64,000 nt of DNA from Chrysomallon squamiferum (lineage: Eukaryota > Animalia > Mollusca). The translations under genes and the position numbers were made by a program. This document shows positions 1 through 14,176 of the stretch, piece after piece (within the stretch, counting starts at the first letter, position 1; the number at the start of each line of letters is the position of its first letter). The notes beneath the pieces were generated by a model. The model ran no database searches. It was given only the letters and a program-made list of their open reading frames with translations, and was not told where the DNA came from. The stretch lies in NCBI GenBank assembly GCA_012295275.1, contig CM022673.1:3720001-3784000 (forward strand). Direction: 5' to 3'.

Positions 1-167
1 GAAATAAAATGAAAAATAAAAAATATAACAATAAAAAAATAATAAACTATATCAGCTATTTTCTCTTCTGTTAACTGTACCAGCAAAATAATGTATTAAA
101 AACAAATTAACTACCAACAGAAACTGTAATAACGATATTAAATAATAACAAGTCTCAAAACACTTAC

Positions 168-276
168 CCTTATTTCTTTGTTTAGATCTATTGCAAGACC
201 CTCCTTTCCAAGCAGCACCAAATTAAGAGTTTTTTCTGTCTGTCCTATAGATGACCTAGACTCTCTCTTCTCATGT
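168..276 (-). CDS. ARHGAP35: p190RhoGAP coding exon 6 (HEKRES...[20 protein letters not shown]), start of pG1 pseudoGTPase domain
   Basis: Acceptor aattcag|A; donor AGG|GTAAGT; in frame. Confidence 0.88.
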
Positions 277-1444
277 CTGAATTTTTTAAATTTAAATGAT
301 AATAATAATAATAATAATAATAAAAAGAGAAAGAAGAATAAGATATATAAAGAAAATATAACAAATCAATAAAAAATAAAAAAAATACAGTAAAGTAGAT
401 ACAAAAAGAGACAACAATACTTTAAAAAAAAAGAATAAGAAGAGTGACCATAAATTCAATATGGGCGAAAATAAATTTCAAAGAAACAAAATATGTTCCA
501 GAAATTATTTACACAGACATACACACCTTCACACACACAAATAAATAAGTAAATTATGTATTATAACCTTGAAGTTTTCTGAGACAGAGCATTTTCTACG
601 AGTATATCCACACAGTTGTGTTTGAAGTAGCACCGATCTTTAGATGGACACTGGATAAAGCCTAGATGATTCAGCACCATCACTTTTCTATCTTCTTCTA
701 ACTTTTGAAGAGCTCGATATCTAAAGTAAGAAAGTTTCTAAACAATTAATAAAATTCTACATGATTAATAAAGAAACAAAATAATTATTATGATGATAAT
801 AAAAAGTAAAAAATACATCAAATAAAAGGTTATATAAAAAAGGTTTATTAAATAATAACAATAACAATAACAATAATAATAGTGCAGTTAGTACTGTACT
901 AAGTACTATTAAATAAATAAATAAACTGATAAAGTTTGATAAAAAATATACTAGATAGAATATATAAACCCACAATCCTGAAATACCAAATAAAAAAAAT
1001 TAAACAAATATATTGAATAATGCTATAATAAATTAAGACAACAACAAAAAGAAAAAAAAAGAAAAAAAGATCTTCACATTTAAAATTAAAGAACTTTGTT
1101 CATTCTGTGAAAAATATGATCTGACCTTTATATCTGTCATTTCACTACAGAAATAATTAATATTATTGCTGTATGTTTTAATGCACAAATTGATGACATT
1201 TGGTGATTCTTAATATTTTTGTTTTTTGGGGGGAATGTTTGTGTGATATCTAAAAGTTCAATGATACATTTTAAATACTTTCATTTTATGAACAAAAACA
1301 CATTCAGAGAGTGTAATTCATTTAAGCATTTTTTATTAATAAATAAAAATTAGAAATAAAACTAATAAAAAATATATATATAAAAAAAAAAAACAAAAAA
1401 AACAACAAAACTTTTTTTTAAAATAATAATTAGAAATCACCGCC

Positions 1445-1502
<58 letters not shown>

Positions 1503-4500
1503 TAATAATAAAAATACCATTATCTATTATCATTTCTAGATTATTACTGTATATACTGTTGTTAACAAAATTAAAATAATAATGAAATAATAAATCATTC
1601 TATACCAGAATACCTTTTAACAGATTAATTTTGTGGAATTCCATTTTATAATAATTTTTCCATACAACACAGGCATTATTAAAAATTTATATGGATTCTA
1701 AAAACTAAAATATGTAATGTTTCTCAATTATTTTAAAAGCTGATACATTAATAAAAAGGTAAAAACTCTACACATGGCTAGCCTCTCATTTTAAAAATAG
1801 CAGAATTAATAAAAAATTATATTACACCTTCTGTTGAGATTGCAGATTTTAGATTTATTACTGCACCAACGGTTATCACTTTAAAAATATGAAAAAAAGA
1901 AGAAGAAAAAAAAAAGCTCCAAGAAATTAAGAACTCTCTGTAATGTCTATTTTAAAACTAGAAAAACATGACATAAAACAAACTTTGCAATATCTCACTG
2001 AAATCTGAAAAGCCAAAACTTTGCTCCATTTGATATTCTTTTTTTACTATCCATGGTTTGAAATTTTAAAAATAAAATAAATCTTAATTAAATCTTGTGC
2101 TAATTTTCTTAGTTGCAAGGACCAGATAATAACTTGGTCCACAGCATCATCAGTTCTACCTTGGATCATCTTGAAGTGCACTGGTAATTCCTTTCAAATC
2201 TTCTGGAGTCATTCGTCCTGTTGAATTTAAGTTAAAAAATACATCAGACTTTTCCCATAGTAACTCCTGCAGGTCATGCTTGGCTTTCTGTTTCAAATCA
2301 TTTTGGTGCTGTTCATAAACCATTAGTCTATCAGATTCTGTGAGGGCATTGTAACTTTCCTTGCCCACAAAGAACACATAGGTTTCATTCAGAGGCTTGC
2401 CTGGTGTTACATGGTTGTTCTCCTGTAACAGTCTGAGAAAGTCTTCTTGTAATCTGATAAATAAAAAAATAAAATAAATTAGTAACAAATAATGTAAGTA
2501 AGTTAGTAAGTAACAAATAAATAGTTCTGTTCTGTTATCATAATCAGTATTTTAACATGCTGGGGTGTCTATTTTAGCCACTGTCTAATCATATTGAAAG
2601 TAAACAAAGTAATGTTATGTGTTTGTGTGTGCGTGAAATCCCATCTATACACATCTGTATATCTGTACGTATGTCTGCATATATGAGTTTGTAATGCCCT
2701 CAATGTGTATGTGTCTTACATAGCATGTATGTGGAGTGTAATCCTTTAATTTTTCCCTAATAAAATCACCACACAACAGTTAAAATATTTTACATACTCT
2801 TTTCTCCTGTGACTAGCCTGCAGTTCATTGACGTGGTTTCTAAAGCAGGTTTCTGCATCAGGAGTATTGAGCAATTCAAATGGAATTCGTCTCTCGTTTG
2901 GGTCGTCTAAGAAAGTTTCACAAGATTTCCACGATTCCTGACCAAAGTAACTCTGATCAACAAAAAACTGGTGAAAATCTGGATGTTTTTGAATACTTTT
3001 CTGTACTGTTGGCCAACTTCTGAAAATTAAAATTAAAATAAATAATGCCTTTAGAAAAACATTTAGATTTTGTGTGTGAATTTTAATATCCTGGCAATAT
3101 TATTATCCTTACCTTGTAGTTTACCATTAGAAAATACAATATCTGGTTTATGTTTGACAGATTTCAGTTCAATATATGTATGTTCAATATATTTTTTTTA
3201 AATTTAGATTATGGTACATATATCTTTTGGGATGTTTTTCTATGCACAGGTAAGCAAAAACTATAAAAAAAGAAAAAGAAAAAAGAAAATAAAATCAATT
3301 TTAAATTATTTTAAAATATATTATTTAAGAAGTGATAAACAATCTGACAGTTCATATACATACCCTTGGCATGTAAATATTATAAAAAATTAAAACAATA
3401 TTCATAACCTTCTACTAACCTGTCAGCTATTGCATCTAAATTTGGGAGAAAATGTTTTAAAACTTGTGGTATTTGTGAAATAAAATGGCGTTCTTTGTCC
3501 ATTATCTGTTTATCTCGCAGCTTTCTCACATGTTGACGGAATAGTTTTTTGGCCATCTCTGTGCCAAACAAGTCAACATAGTGACCAAAATCTGATTCGT
3601 TATCAAACCTTTTCTTGTACACAACCCACGATGCCTTTGGGTCTGTTACATGATGTTTCAACAAATTTTGATACGCTTTCGTAGCGACGTTCAAAATCTC
3701 CTGCCTGGCTTTCATTGCTTCATTGTACTGTAATACTTTGGGTTTTGTTTTCGTTTTGTCAATCATATGAGCCAGTGTCATAAATGCCAGCTCGACATTT
3801 ACGTTCTCTTGAGCAGAAGTCTCAACCAGAGGGAACGTTCCTTTGAATTCTTTTTTGTTCAGCATCCGTTCCACTTTCTCCACGTGGTGCTCATCGGCTT
3901 CATCGTGTTTTGTTGTTGCCAACACCAACGGCTTCTTTGTCTTGAGGGCGTTGTTTAAAATGGCAGTGACAAATTCAACCTGTTTGTCAACGGGTCGTTG
4001 CTGTACTTGACTGACGTCAAAGCAGCAGATGAAACCATCTATTCCTATCTTTCCCTCTGGTATCACTTTTTGCTGATAGTCTGATTCCATGCCTGTGGGG
4101 GGAAAAAAAGAAAGAAAGAAAAATTATAATAAATGACTGAATGACTAAAAATGATTCCTGAAACTGTTACTATTTAATCTTGTTTTAAAATTATATAGTG
4201 TAGTAAATTAAAAAACATGTATATGTATACAATTTTTATACAGTTTCTTCTCTCTAGTTCATTGTAATTTATTTGTGATTATGATCATAAACTGACTGGA
4301 CATTTGTGTAAAAATACCATACATATGAAAATGTGTATTTTATTTTTAAATATCCACAAATTAATGTTTTCTCCTTATATTACTTATATTACATACATTT
4401 TCATAACTTTTTAAGACATGTACTGTTATTATTTACATATTCACACAGTGACCAAGTTTCAATGATTTTAACCATATGGATGGATCTGTATACTGACGAA

Positions 4501-7500
4501 ATCAAAAAAAAATAATAAAAGTTTACTATGTGAACCAATAATAATAAAAAAAAGATTTTGCATGAAATTCAACAAATGGTTTAGAACCTCTACTTCTGAC
4601 TAATTTTTGACAGAATCTTCTTTTCTGGTGCCTTAAAAACATCTCACAAATTAATTCATATCTGATTCGATATATTATAATTTATAATAAAATTTCAAAA
4701 TATATTGGTCTAATGCTTATGCTAACAAAACAAAAAAACTGTTGACAAGATTTTCAGTCTCTACCAGAAAAAGAAGTTTCTGACCACGCAAATCCTTCTA
4801 GTAGCTTCAGGACAATTGTAACCTTTGGCAGGTAAAATGTTGTCTGCCTGACCAGCAAACAACATGTGGGCAAAGGGACAGTTATCTCTCTCACTCTCTC
4901 TCTCTTGGCTTTTCTCTGTGTGTGTAGGCTTAGTAGCAAAGAGTTTATTGATTGATGTCTGTGTTTAGAGTCACTAAAGAACGAATGCATAACTTGCAGA
5001 TTTGGAAGAACAAGTGCTATGAACGTTTACTGGGTAATCAAACACAAACGTGTATAATGTTCTGGTGCAGTGTCAGGTCTATGTATGAAGTGGTTATGCT
5101 TTTGTGACTAACTGAATGTACGTACACAAGGACGAAAGAGAAAAGAATGCAATGTTTATTTGGAGGCAACTCAGCATATTATTTAATCAGTGGATATTAT
5201 TAAGGAAGGGTAAAAGTAAATGTTTGTTTAATGATGCCTTGGCATGCACATCAGTTGAAGAATTTGGAATATTAAGATCAGATATTTGAAACATGCCCCA
5301 CCAGATCCTGGATATCAGAATCTGTCAGATTTTTATCTTTTGCAAATAATATAACTAGAAAGATCTAACTTTTCAATTTATCATAAATACTACATTATAT
5401 TAATAAAAGCAGATTTTGACATACAGTGGAACAGCACAGACCATGAAATACTGCACACATGCATACACTCAGGATCATGTAACAGATGCTGTGAGCTTGA
5501 CATCATTGTAATTTATTTATTTTTTCTAAAAAAACCCAGATCTCTACAAAGTATTCATGTCAATGAAAAAAAAAGAAAGAATGAAACTGATCATTATGAT
5601 GATAGTATAAAACTAACTCTGCATGTGATTATATAATTAACAAACAGGACAAAGGAAGATGTAAAAAAAAAAAAAAAACCTCCCAAAAAGCTAGATACCC
5701 ACTGCAGATATTATTATAGCTTATTACTTGGCTAGTGTTAATACAAGCAACCCTGTATATAAGGTGGGGTAATTCTGGCCCCCTTTTCCTTTCAACCTCA
5801 CCTACAGTTTCACAGAAAAAAGGAAACGACAAAATGGAGTGAATAAAGTGTAGCATATTTCTGCTTCAAAATATACAAACACTATATGCATAGTGCTTAT
5901 ACTTTTGAAATGGGAACCAGGTTAAAAATAGTTTTCGGGTAAATCTGGCCCCCACATTCATAATATATTTTGGTTCTCAGATTTGTTATATTGATTATTG
6001 CTATGTAATCATTGTTTTCTACTAATAATAATTAGTCCTAATCATAATACAAGTCCGATTCAAAACTTCAATAAACTAAACTCCTTGACAAATATGACAC
6101 AAGAATACAATATCTTTCAAGTCTGAACAAGCTGGGAGTTTGAGGTTTGTGCAAGGATCAAGACAGTACCAATTTGGGCACCCATCAAATCCTATGAACT
6201 CATCTGAATTCATTCCATCATCAACTCTGCCAGAGTTCACATGATTCTTGTGTATCTACTACATCTCTGTCTTCTAGTTCAGGCTCATCACCATCAACAT
6301 TTTCTTTGACAGCATCCACCTGTTGCATTTAAATTGAACTGCCATTTGGTATCTTCTTCTAGGTGTTTTGTAGTTTTGCCTCTCTTACCTTTGTTTTCTT
6401 TGCCTTTTCTTCCTCCTCCTTCTTCTTCTCTGCCAACTCTTCTTCATACAGCTTGATACTTTTTTCTTCTGTCAATGCCTCAGCATACCTCATCCTCTTG
6501 ATTTTATTTGAAGTTTGACAACATGTCCCACCAGATGGACTGTTTCAATTTTTTCAAAAAACTCAAATAAAACCTGGAATGCACTATATCAATGCCAAAA
6601 CTAGTGACTTCACCACCAAATATGGGGGCCAGATTTACCCCATCCAAGGGGGCCAGAATTGCCTCAAGTGGTAGAGTAAAATAAAGCACATATTTCTTGC
6701 CTGATTACCAGATATTAATCAAGATTCTTCTGCTGAACTTGATAACTGATTATATGTTTACCTGTTATAACTTATCACTAACTTTATGTCTATAGGACTG
6801 AAAATATAACACTCACTTTTGAAACCTCAAAATGCACTTTTTTTTTACAACCTTGTTGTTTTCATTACTTTCATGGCCACTATACTTCACATGTAAATGG
6901 TTGATTACCTACATACTTTGTTCTAATGAGAGATAGGAAGGTTCTATTTACATTAACAAAGTTCCAGAAATCTGGACAGCGCAGTAGAACGGTTGCAAGT
7001 CATAATATATCTTGGTGGGGTCAGAATTACCACACTTTACCCTACTTCTTTTCCAAAAACATGAAGCTGTTTGCAAACACAGTACTATTTAAAGTTCATA
7101 TAAATTAAATTAATAGGATAATTTTCAGTCAAAGTGTTGAAAATGTTTTTGAATATATACCACTACAGTGTTAAGAAAATACTCTTTTATTATGCATAAA
7201 AATTACAAAGAGAACTTTAAAATCAAAGTAAAATGAACTGCAAAAATTTCAGCACTAAACATAATTTCTTAATTTAATCAACAGGACCATTTTTGGATGA
7301 TTTACTGAAGATGCTGACAATATTCTTGAATTAAATATATACCTCCATTTTTTCAATCACATTAAGTAAAAAGTATTAAGCAAGTTTGTATAAAGAAAAT
7401 ACCAAAACCAAAATAAATACAATGACATTCTGACATTAAGAATTTAAAAGTTTTATCACTAAAAATAACAATACCCTTGATTTACAAAAAAAAAAAAAAA

Positions 7501-9281
7501 TAAAAAAGAGAAGAAAGAAGCATACATCATAGAACTAACAATTACAACAAACAAATCAACCCCAAAGAAAAAAAGAATTAAAAAAACTGACCAAAAAAAA
7601 TGACAACTGATTAATGAATTAAAAAATGTAAATAATTTTATTCCACAACTAATTATTGATCAGAAATGATAACGCTCAGAATAACATTTAATTAAATGAT
7701 AATAATAACTGTTACAGCTTGGGGACATGGTTTGCACATATTACCAAATATACATGTGAATGACATTCATTTGTACGCAGGGTCAAAATATGCTACACAA
7801 TCAGAATGTTATAACAGATTCATATAATCATAGACTATACATAATTATTCCTCATATATACACTGTCTTCTAAGAAGGTGAGCAGATAAAATAAACAAAA
7901 ATAATAATAATAAAGTGTAAAAGTCAATGCATTTCTAAGATTTAATGAAAATAAGGTTTTAAAATTCCCTCTCCTCCGATAACAGATGGTTCAAGTTTAC
8001 TGTGACAAATTGTTGTGTTCTAACTTCATGAACAAAATTTATAGTTTAAATAAAAATAGCATTTGGTTTTATTATTTTTTAAAACATTATTTATTTTACA
8101 AATTAAAGTCAAACTATTTTAAATACTGTTTGCAAGGTCTTTTTTTTTTTTTTTTTTTTTCATTTAATTTAAAGTTTTCATTATATAATGGGATATTGGG
8201 ATTGATTTACTTGAAGAATGTAGTAAAAAGAAAATCTTCAGTAATGGTCTTGCTGTTTATAATTATAAAAACTGCAGTATGTTCAGATAAAGTCTTTTAA
8301 TCTTTTTATAGTTTAATCAATCTTTTCTTCAATATAATACATAGGTGCGGTAAATGAAAAATAAAATTCACCACATCATATATATATTGCGATAATTATG
8401 TTGCCAAACTAGAAGGAAAAAAAAACAAAAAAAACCATCAACCTAGCAGGCTATTTTACTGCTTAAGTGAGTCAGTGAAAGTGCTAAAAAGAAAATATGT
8501 GCTGGTAATTGAAACAAAGTCAAAAACTTTTTATATATATTTTTTATGGTGTTAAGAGTTGAAATATAGTGATCTCTAACCTACCTTATGCTAAAGCAAT
8601 TGAACTGCATATCTTGTATCAAGCAACTGCTTTCAATAAAACTATTTTTAAAACGAAACTATTATTCATTATCCATTACCTTCACAAAACATAGTGGACT
8701 CTGATGGTTGGGTTTTTTCCCATTAAATAAAGAAATCTTTTTTAAAAAAGGCAAAGAAGTTGTAAAATACATACTATTCTGATACTTGCACTTGTATATT
8801 ACTGAAAATGACTTTTTTGTATACAATTACATTTTTTTTTAATTTAAAAAAAAAAGAAGAAAAAAGTTGAATACATACCGAGCTGATCTTTGCAGATATA
8901 CATCAGTTTTTCAGCAGACTGAACTTTTGTTGCAACACACCTCTTCGCATAGGGCTCTGTCCGTCCTGTCTTAAAGGGCAGAAATGATACATCATCTATG
9001 AACTCTGTCTGTTCCACAACTTGAAAGGTAAAATTGTTCCCTTCGTCTGTCTTGGTTACATCGCCCCAGTAGAGGAAGTGGTCATTGTTGATGACCCTGC
9101 CAGCAAAGTCACTCTGGCTGAGGACAGAGATGTGCTCCTGATGGTATCTATCTGCCACCTGATAGATGAAACGGTTACACAAGCAAGATTTGCCCACTCC
9201 ATACTGCCCTTTCTCCTTTTCGGTACCTGACAACCCTATCACACTGACATTAAACGACCTACCATCACTCTTCTTGGCCAT
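168..9281 (-). CDS. ARHGAP35: p190 Rho GTPase-activating protein (ARHGAP35/ARHGAP5-like), 5' part; continues beyond window start. join(complement): 9281-8879, 4092-3420, 3019-2798, 2453-2160, 720-568, 276-168
   Basis: Six GT-AG exons join in frame to 1854 nt / 618 codons. Motifs: p190 N-terminal GTPase P-loop with insertion ([25 protein letters not shown]), [37 protein letters not shown]-domain-like helices, and [12 protein letters not shown] (pG1 start). A single invertebrate gene is probably co-orthologous to ARHGAP35 and ARHGAP5. Confidence 0.95.
568..720 (-). CDS. ARHGAP35: p190RhoGAP coding exon 5 ([30 protein letters not shown]...KTSR)
   Basis: Acceptor ctttag|A; donor AG|GTTATA; in frame; HLGF...C motif at the end of FF4. 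Confidence 0.9.
2160..2453 (-). CDS. ARHGAP35: p190RhoGAP coding exon 4 (LQEDFLRLL...VTPGKP...LQDDPR), FF domains
   Basis: Acceptor ttatcag|A; donor AG|GTAGAA; matches ORF 2156..2488. Confidence 0.92.
2798..3019 (-). CDS. ARHGAP35: p190RhoGAP coding exon 3 ([15 protein letters not shown]...[31 protein letters not shown])
   Basis: Acceptor ttttcag|A; donor GA|GTATGT; open in the required phase; RIPF motif typical of the p190 FF region; not in the ORF track. Confidence 0.92.
3420..4092 (-). CDS. ARHGAP35: p190RhoGAP coding exon 2 (GMESDYQQK...DAIADR), end of GTPase-like domain and first FF domain
   Basis: Acceptor ccccacag|GC; donor AG|GTTAGT; matches ORF 3380..4090. Confidence 0.95.
5758..7042 (-). 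mobile_element. Internally deleted pogo/Tigger-like (Tc1/mariner-pogo group) DNA transposon in a p190 intron
   Basis: Imperfect TIRs (left TAAGGTGGGGTAATTCTGGCCCC 5760-5782; right GGGGTCAGAATTACCACACTTTACCC 7017-7042 followed by TA); same motif repeated subterminally at 5937-5953, 6624-6641 and 6648-6665; decayed coding remnant inside. Confidence 0.7.
6076..6538 (-). pseudogene. Degenerate transposase C-terminus: charged coiled region plus PHD-type zinc finger
   Basis: Translates as ...[29 protein letters not shown]..., two stops, then (1-nt frameshift) CEL(C)[27 protein letters not shown]...FLCHICQGV*, a decayed C4HC3-like pattern. Confidence 0.65.
8879..9281 (-). CDS. ARHGAP35: p190RhoGAP coding exon 1 (MAKKSDGR...KDQLG), GTPase-like domain
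   Basis: ATG at 9281; donor CTCG|GTATGT at 8878; phase 1. Confidence 0.95.
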
Positions 9282-9815
9282 TCTATATCCTTGTAGCAAT
9301 CTTTTTAGTGTGTAATACCATTCCTATATCCCATGCTTGTGTTACAAGAATGGTAGAAATTGGTATGCCTCTTCAGAATGAATTAAAAATATTTTTTCTT
9401 TTCTATTTTCACTTCATCGTTTACTTTTTCATAAATATTCCTTTAAAGAAAAAACCGAACATCTGTCAAAATTTTTTTATAATCCTTAAAAAAAAAAAAA
9501 AAAAAAGTAACTGAAATATCCCTACACCAATTAATAGATAAACAGAAATATTTTTCTACAATTAACTTCCTGGTCAGTATGTTCATCAGAGAGTGGTGTA
9601 AACATAATTTCTTAGTGGAACATTTTCCCTACACAATGGATACTGCACTTTGTAATCCTTTCAGGCCATCTTTATCACGATATAATTACATCTACACAAT
9701 CGAATCTGGATATCCATGAGCAATCAGGGACTGAATTTAGACATTTCCTCACTATTCATAACAAACAGCAGTGGACACAATATGTTTCTGCATTCAGTAC
9801 TCCATTCGTCCTAAT
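9282..9815 (-). other. Probable 5' UTR portion of the p190RhoGAP ATG-containing exon
   Basis: Strong acceptor ttttatttttcttgcag|ATTAGG at 9816; no transcript data. Confidence 0.55.
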
Positions 9816-11406
9816 CTGCAAGAAAAATAAAAGGTTAAAGTTAACAGATGATAATAACAGTGCATAAACAGCTTTGACAGAAATCAAAAGGTTGGGAGTG
9901 GTCATTAATATTTTCAACTTGTTACAGAGAAGAAGAAGAATGAAAAAAGACTTTTGCTTTGAGGTTGTTCCAGTAGTAAGAAATAATTGTAGCAGACAGC
10001 AATGAAGACGTATTATGATATTTGTGTTGTTAGTGCTAACTGTGAAGCGATGTTGGCAATGCTAGTATTTGTTTTGTATTGGTTTTGCAAGTTGTGTAAT
10101 ATGGTCGCAGTAGTGGTAGTAGTAATAGCAGCAACAACAGTAGTAGTAGCTGCTGTAGTTGCTGTGACAATAGTTTTAGTAATAATGTTAGTAATGCTAG
10201 CATCAGCAATAGCTTTAACACTTAATATTTTTAATAAGCTTAAAAATAATACTTGTAGAAGTATTACTGATGGGGATTTGATGGAATGAAGGATGGTCAG
10301 ACAGAATAATTTTCATGTTTTTCTTCCCAGCAGAATAATTAATTATACATTCCTTTCACTGAAAAACAACAACAACCAAATAAATAAAGCAATTAGTGAA
10401 GAACTAGGAAAAGATAATATAACTAGGTTATTGAGATATAACAAACTTCTCAATTTCAACTTTCTAGGAAACATACATGTCCATGTTTGTTCAATAAACC
10501 CACTCTTCGGAAACTTCCAATACTAAATCAATTAGATAGGTTTAGATGGCAAAATCTATTCCTTACAGGTAAATTATTCAGCAGCTTAACCTGATAATAC
10601 TTTTATTCCTACATAAAAAAACAATCTGAATGTTTATGAGTACTTTGTGAAATTAATGCTTTGCTCAGAAGTACATTTAAAAAAAAAATGAAATTGTATA
10701 AATAAAAATTAAAAAAATTAAAATAAAAATTAAAATAATTGAAAAAATAAAAAATTAAAAAATTATTATTATTATTGAAATTATTCTGAATTTTTAAACA
10801 TACTTTTAGCTTTATGCTGAAACACAAATGTAATCTAACCAACTTATGGAAATTATTTATACTTATGTATATATTTACACAATGTATGTGTGTATATGTA
10901 AGCACCTGTGTAGGTACATAAAAATATTAACATTCTGAAATCATTAAAAACAGCATATAAGATGATAAAATAAAATAAAATAAAATAAGAGAAAAAACAA
11001 CAGACATACTCATACAACATAAACACACACACTCATAAATGAAACAACCCTGACACAGCAAGTGAACTTATTCTTAAAGGATTCAATGTTAATTACATGA
11101 GTCACTAATCTATAATTCCTAGAGTATGTTGTGATGAGCAGTGTAACTGTATGACAGAACCCTCCTACGTGCATTTTCTTAGTGTAAGAATAAGCCAACA
11201 CCTGCGTATCACTTCATGTGAGTTAATTGTATTATGCACTGTGTGAACCATGCAGATGCATGTTGCACTATGTAACCCTAAACTTAGTTCTTGACAAATT
11301 TTAAAAATATATATCCCTGACTAAAATTAAATTTAAAATAAATAAATAAATAAATAAATAAAGACAGTAAAAAAAAAAAAAAAAAAAAAAAAAATCAATT
11401 AATAAC

Positions 11407-11440
<34 letters not shown>

Positions 11441-12160
11441 AGAAAAATAAAAAGAACAAATTAATAATAATAAAATAAATAAAAAATAAAAATAAATAAA
11501 TATATGCTTAAGTTTTATGATCTCTTCATTATAAATAAGAAAGAAATAGGGGAAAATTTTATGTGTATTTAAATATTTTTTATATCTGAAGACTATTTTA
11601 ATATAAACTGATAAATATGTGAAATGGTAACAAATGTGTTATTTAATCTCTGTATGCAAATATAATTGGTATAATTCAAACAATTTCAATTACTTCCTTA
11701 TTTTTTTGTCTTCAAAGTGGAACATACACAAACAAATCCATTTTTTATTTATTTATTTTTATCAATTTCACATCAGTTACCATACTTTTTAATATAACTA
11801 AAAGTAAATTTCATTCCAAAACTCAAAGAAATGATAATACTGAAGTATATGTTTCTGTTAAAACATATAAATGCATGCAGGTTTGCTACTGCCAAAACAT
11901 CATGTGGTTTTCCATTATGAAATATGAATATTCTCTACAATGGATGTCTTTTATATCATGGAATGTTTCTAAATCTCAACAGAACAGTACAAAAGACTAA
12001 TTAATAATTTGTTAATACAATCAATACAGCATGATTACTATTTCAGTCTAATGGGATTCCGTGTTTGTCATGTGAACTGATATGTATGCTGAGAATATGA
12101 TCATTCATACAGAACTTGTTCATTCACATAACATAACCTAAATTTAACCCAGCATAATTA

Positions 12161-12345
12161 TAAAATAAAAATAAAAATAAAAATAAAAATAAAATAAAAT
12201 AAAATAAAATAAAATAAAATAAAATAAAATAAAATAAAATAAAATAAAATAAAATAAAATAAAATAAAATAAAATAAAATAAAATAAAATAAAATAAAAT
12301 AAAATAAAATTAAATAAAATTAAATTAAAATTAAAAGAAAATAAA
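12161..12345. repeat. (TAAAA)n pentanucleotide microsatellite
   Basis: Directly visible. Confidence 0.95.
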
Positions 12346-13363
12346 AATATATTAAATTAACAAAAACAAGCACACGAAATGCAATTTTGACCAATCCCAA
12401 TGAATTAAAATGATATACCAGTACCACTGAATTAAAATAAAATTAAACCAAGTATATCCATACTTTAAAGAAACTGCTTCATCATAATGTAACCTCTGTG
12501 AATACTACAAAAGATTCAGTCAGAACAACACATTTATATAAGATACAAACCCAAAGTTAAATCCAGCAATTTTTAGCTTGCTCACATATGAAACAAAATG
12601 TGAACTTGAAGCACAGTCTGTATACCGCATTCATGCATGACACAAAAGATGAACTAAATCCAGCCCCATTCAGTTAGTTTTAAGATAAAAATCAGGCTGT
12701 AGTACATGCATACCAAATGATATTAAAAATAACAATATCTCTACAAAGATATCTCTGGAAATTATCACTCAGAGTGAGAAGAAAAAAAAGAAACAAATAA
12801 ACATGTGTTCAGTTTTGCCTTTGATCTTTTCTTTTTTGAACTGTATTTAGTATTTTTAACAGAACAAGCAAAACTAATGCATCAGTCCCCTGCTGTGAGA
12901 AACAGTTTGGTGAAATGTTTATCAAAATTCTAATCACAATGATAAATATTATCAGATGGTGACTGCACGTGTTCAACAGAGAGGAAACCTGCTTAGTCAC
13001 TGGATGGACTAATTCCACTAATAAGCAAGATAATGTTCAGTGAGGAAATCCAATACCATGACCTTTGGCATTTCAACTGATGAATGGAAAATAACTTCAG
13101 AGGTTTCTTCAAGACAAATCAATTAAACAATCCCAGCTGAATGTTTCATAATCAGATAGGTAACAAAATACAATTCTTCACTTTAATTTTTTTTCAGCTT
13201 CTAAGCTTTTGTCACAGTTTTCTGTAGAGTGTATGTGTGTGACATGGGGAGGTATGTGAATTCATAAAAACTGCATTGTAAAAAATGTCCCTCTACCCCA
13301 GCTCCGTTCATTCTTTATTCTAAAATCATTCCAACTCATGTTTAAAAAAACTGAAAAAAATGA

Positions 13364-13394
<31 letters not shown>

Positions 13395-14086
13395 AAGAAT
13401 TATCAGACTAATACATATCACTGGCAAAAAATATTATTTTGTTGCAGATACAACACACCACCATACAATTTCTTGTGTTATTCAGAGAAAAAACAAAACA
13501 GAGTTTATAATATAAAGAGGTAACACAATTCAGTGTGTTTTTTGAAGCCTCCCCCTGCAAAAAACAAGAAAGAAACAACATTTTAATTACACACTTATTC
13601 ATCAGGCATAACATACAAAATATGAGGCTGGCTTAAAACATAGATATATAGCAGTTCAACAGACCAAGAGTTTGGTTAGATAAAAACATAGACACTATCT
13701 CAACAGATCAGGTTTGTTGCTGGTTAAAAACAAAGATACTAGTTTAGCAAACCACTACTAAGTGCTGGCTGCAGCAACTGAAGCTATCTATGAAATATGA
13801 ATGGTCATGAACAATGCTGTGACAGTAATGAGGACAAGAGCTCCACAGTGTGGAAACCTCGATCCCAAAAGCTTGCCAACACTGGCCCAAATGTACTCTG
13901 TAGCAGCAGCAGTAGAACACAGTATTGATCGGCCAACACAACTGCAAGGACTTCCAACAAAAAGGTTAATTTTATGGATACACACACATGTACTAGGCAG
14001 TAGTAACACAGCTGGAATGTTCATTTTATCAAACATTTGTTTCAGCTGCATAAATACATATATATGTGGGTTTTTTTTTTTTTATG

Positions 14087-14139
<53 letters not shown>

Positions 14140-14143
14140 CTTT

Positions 14144-14176
<33 letters not shown>

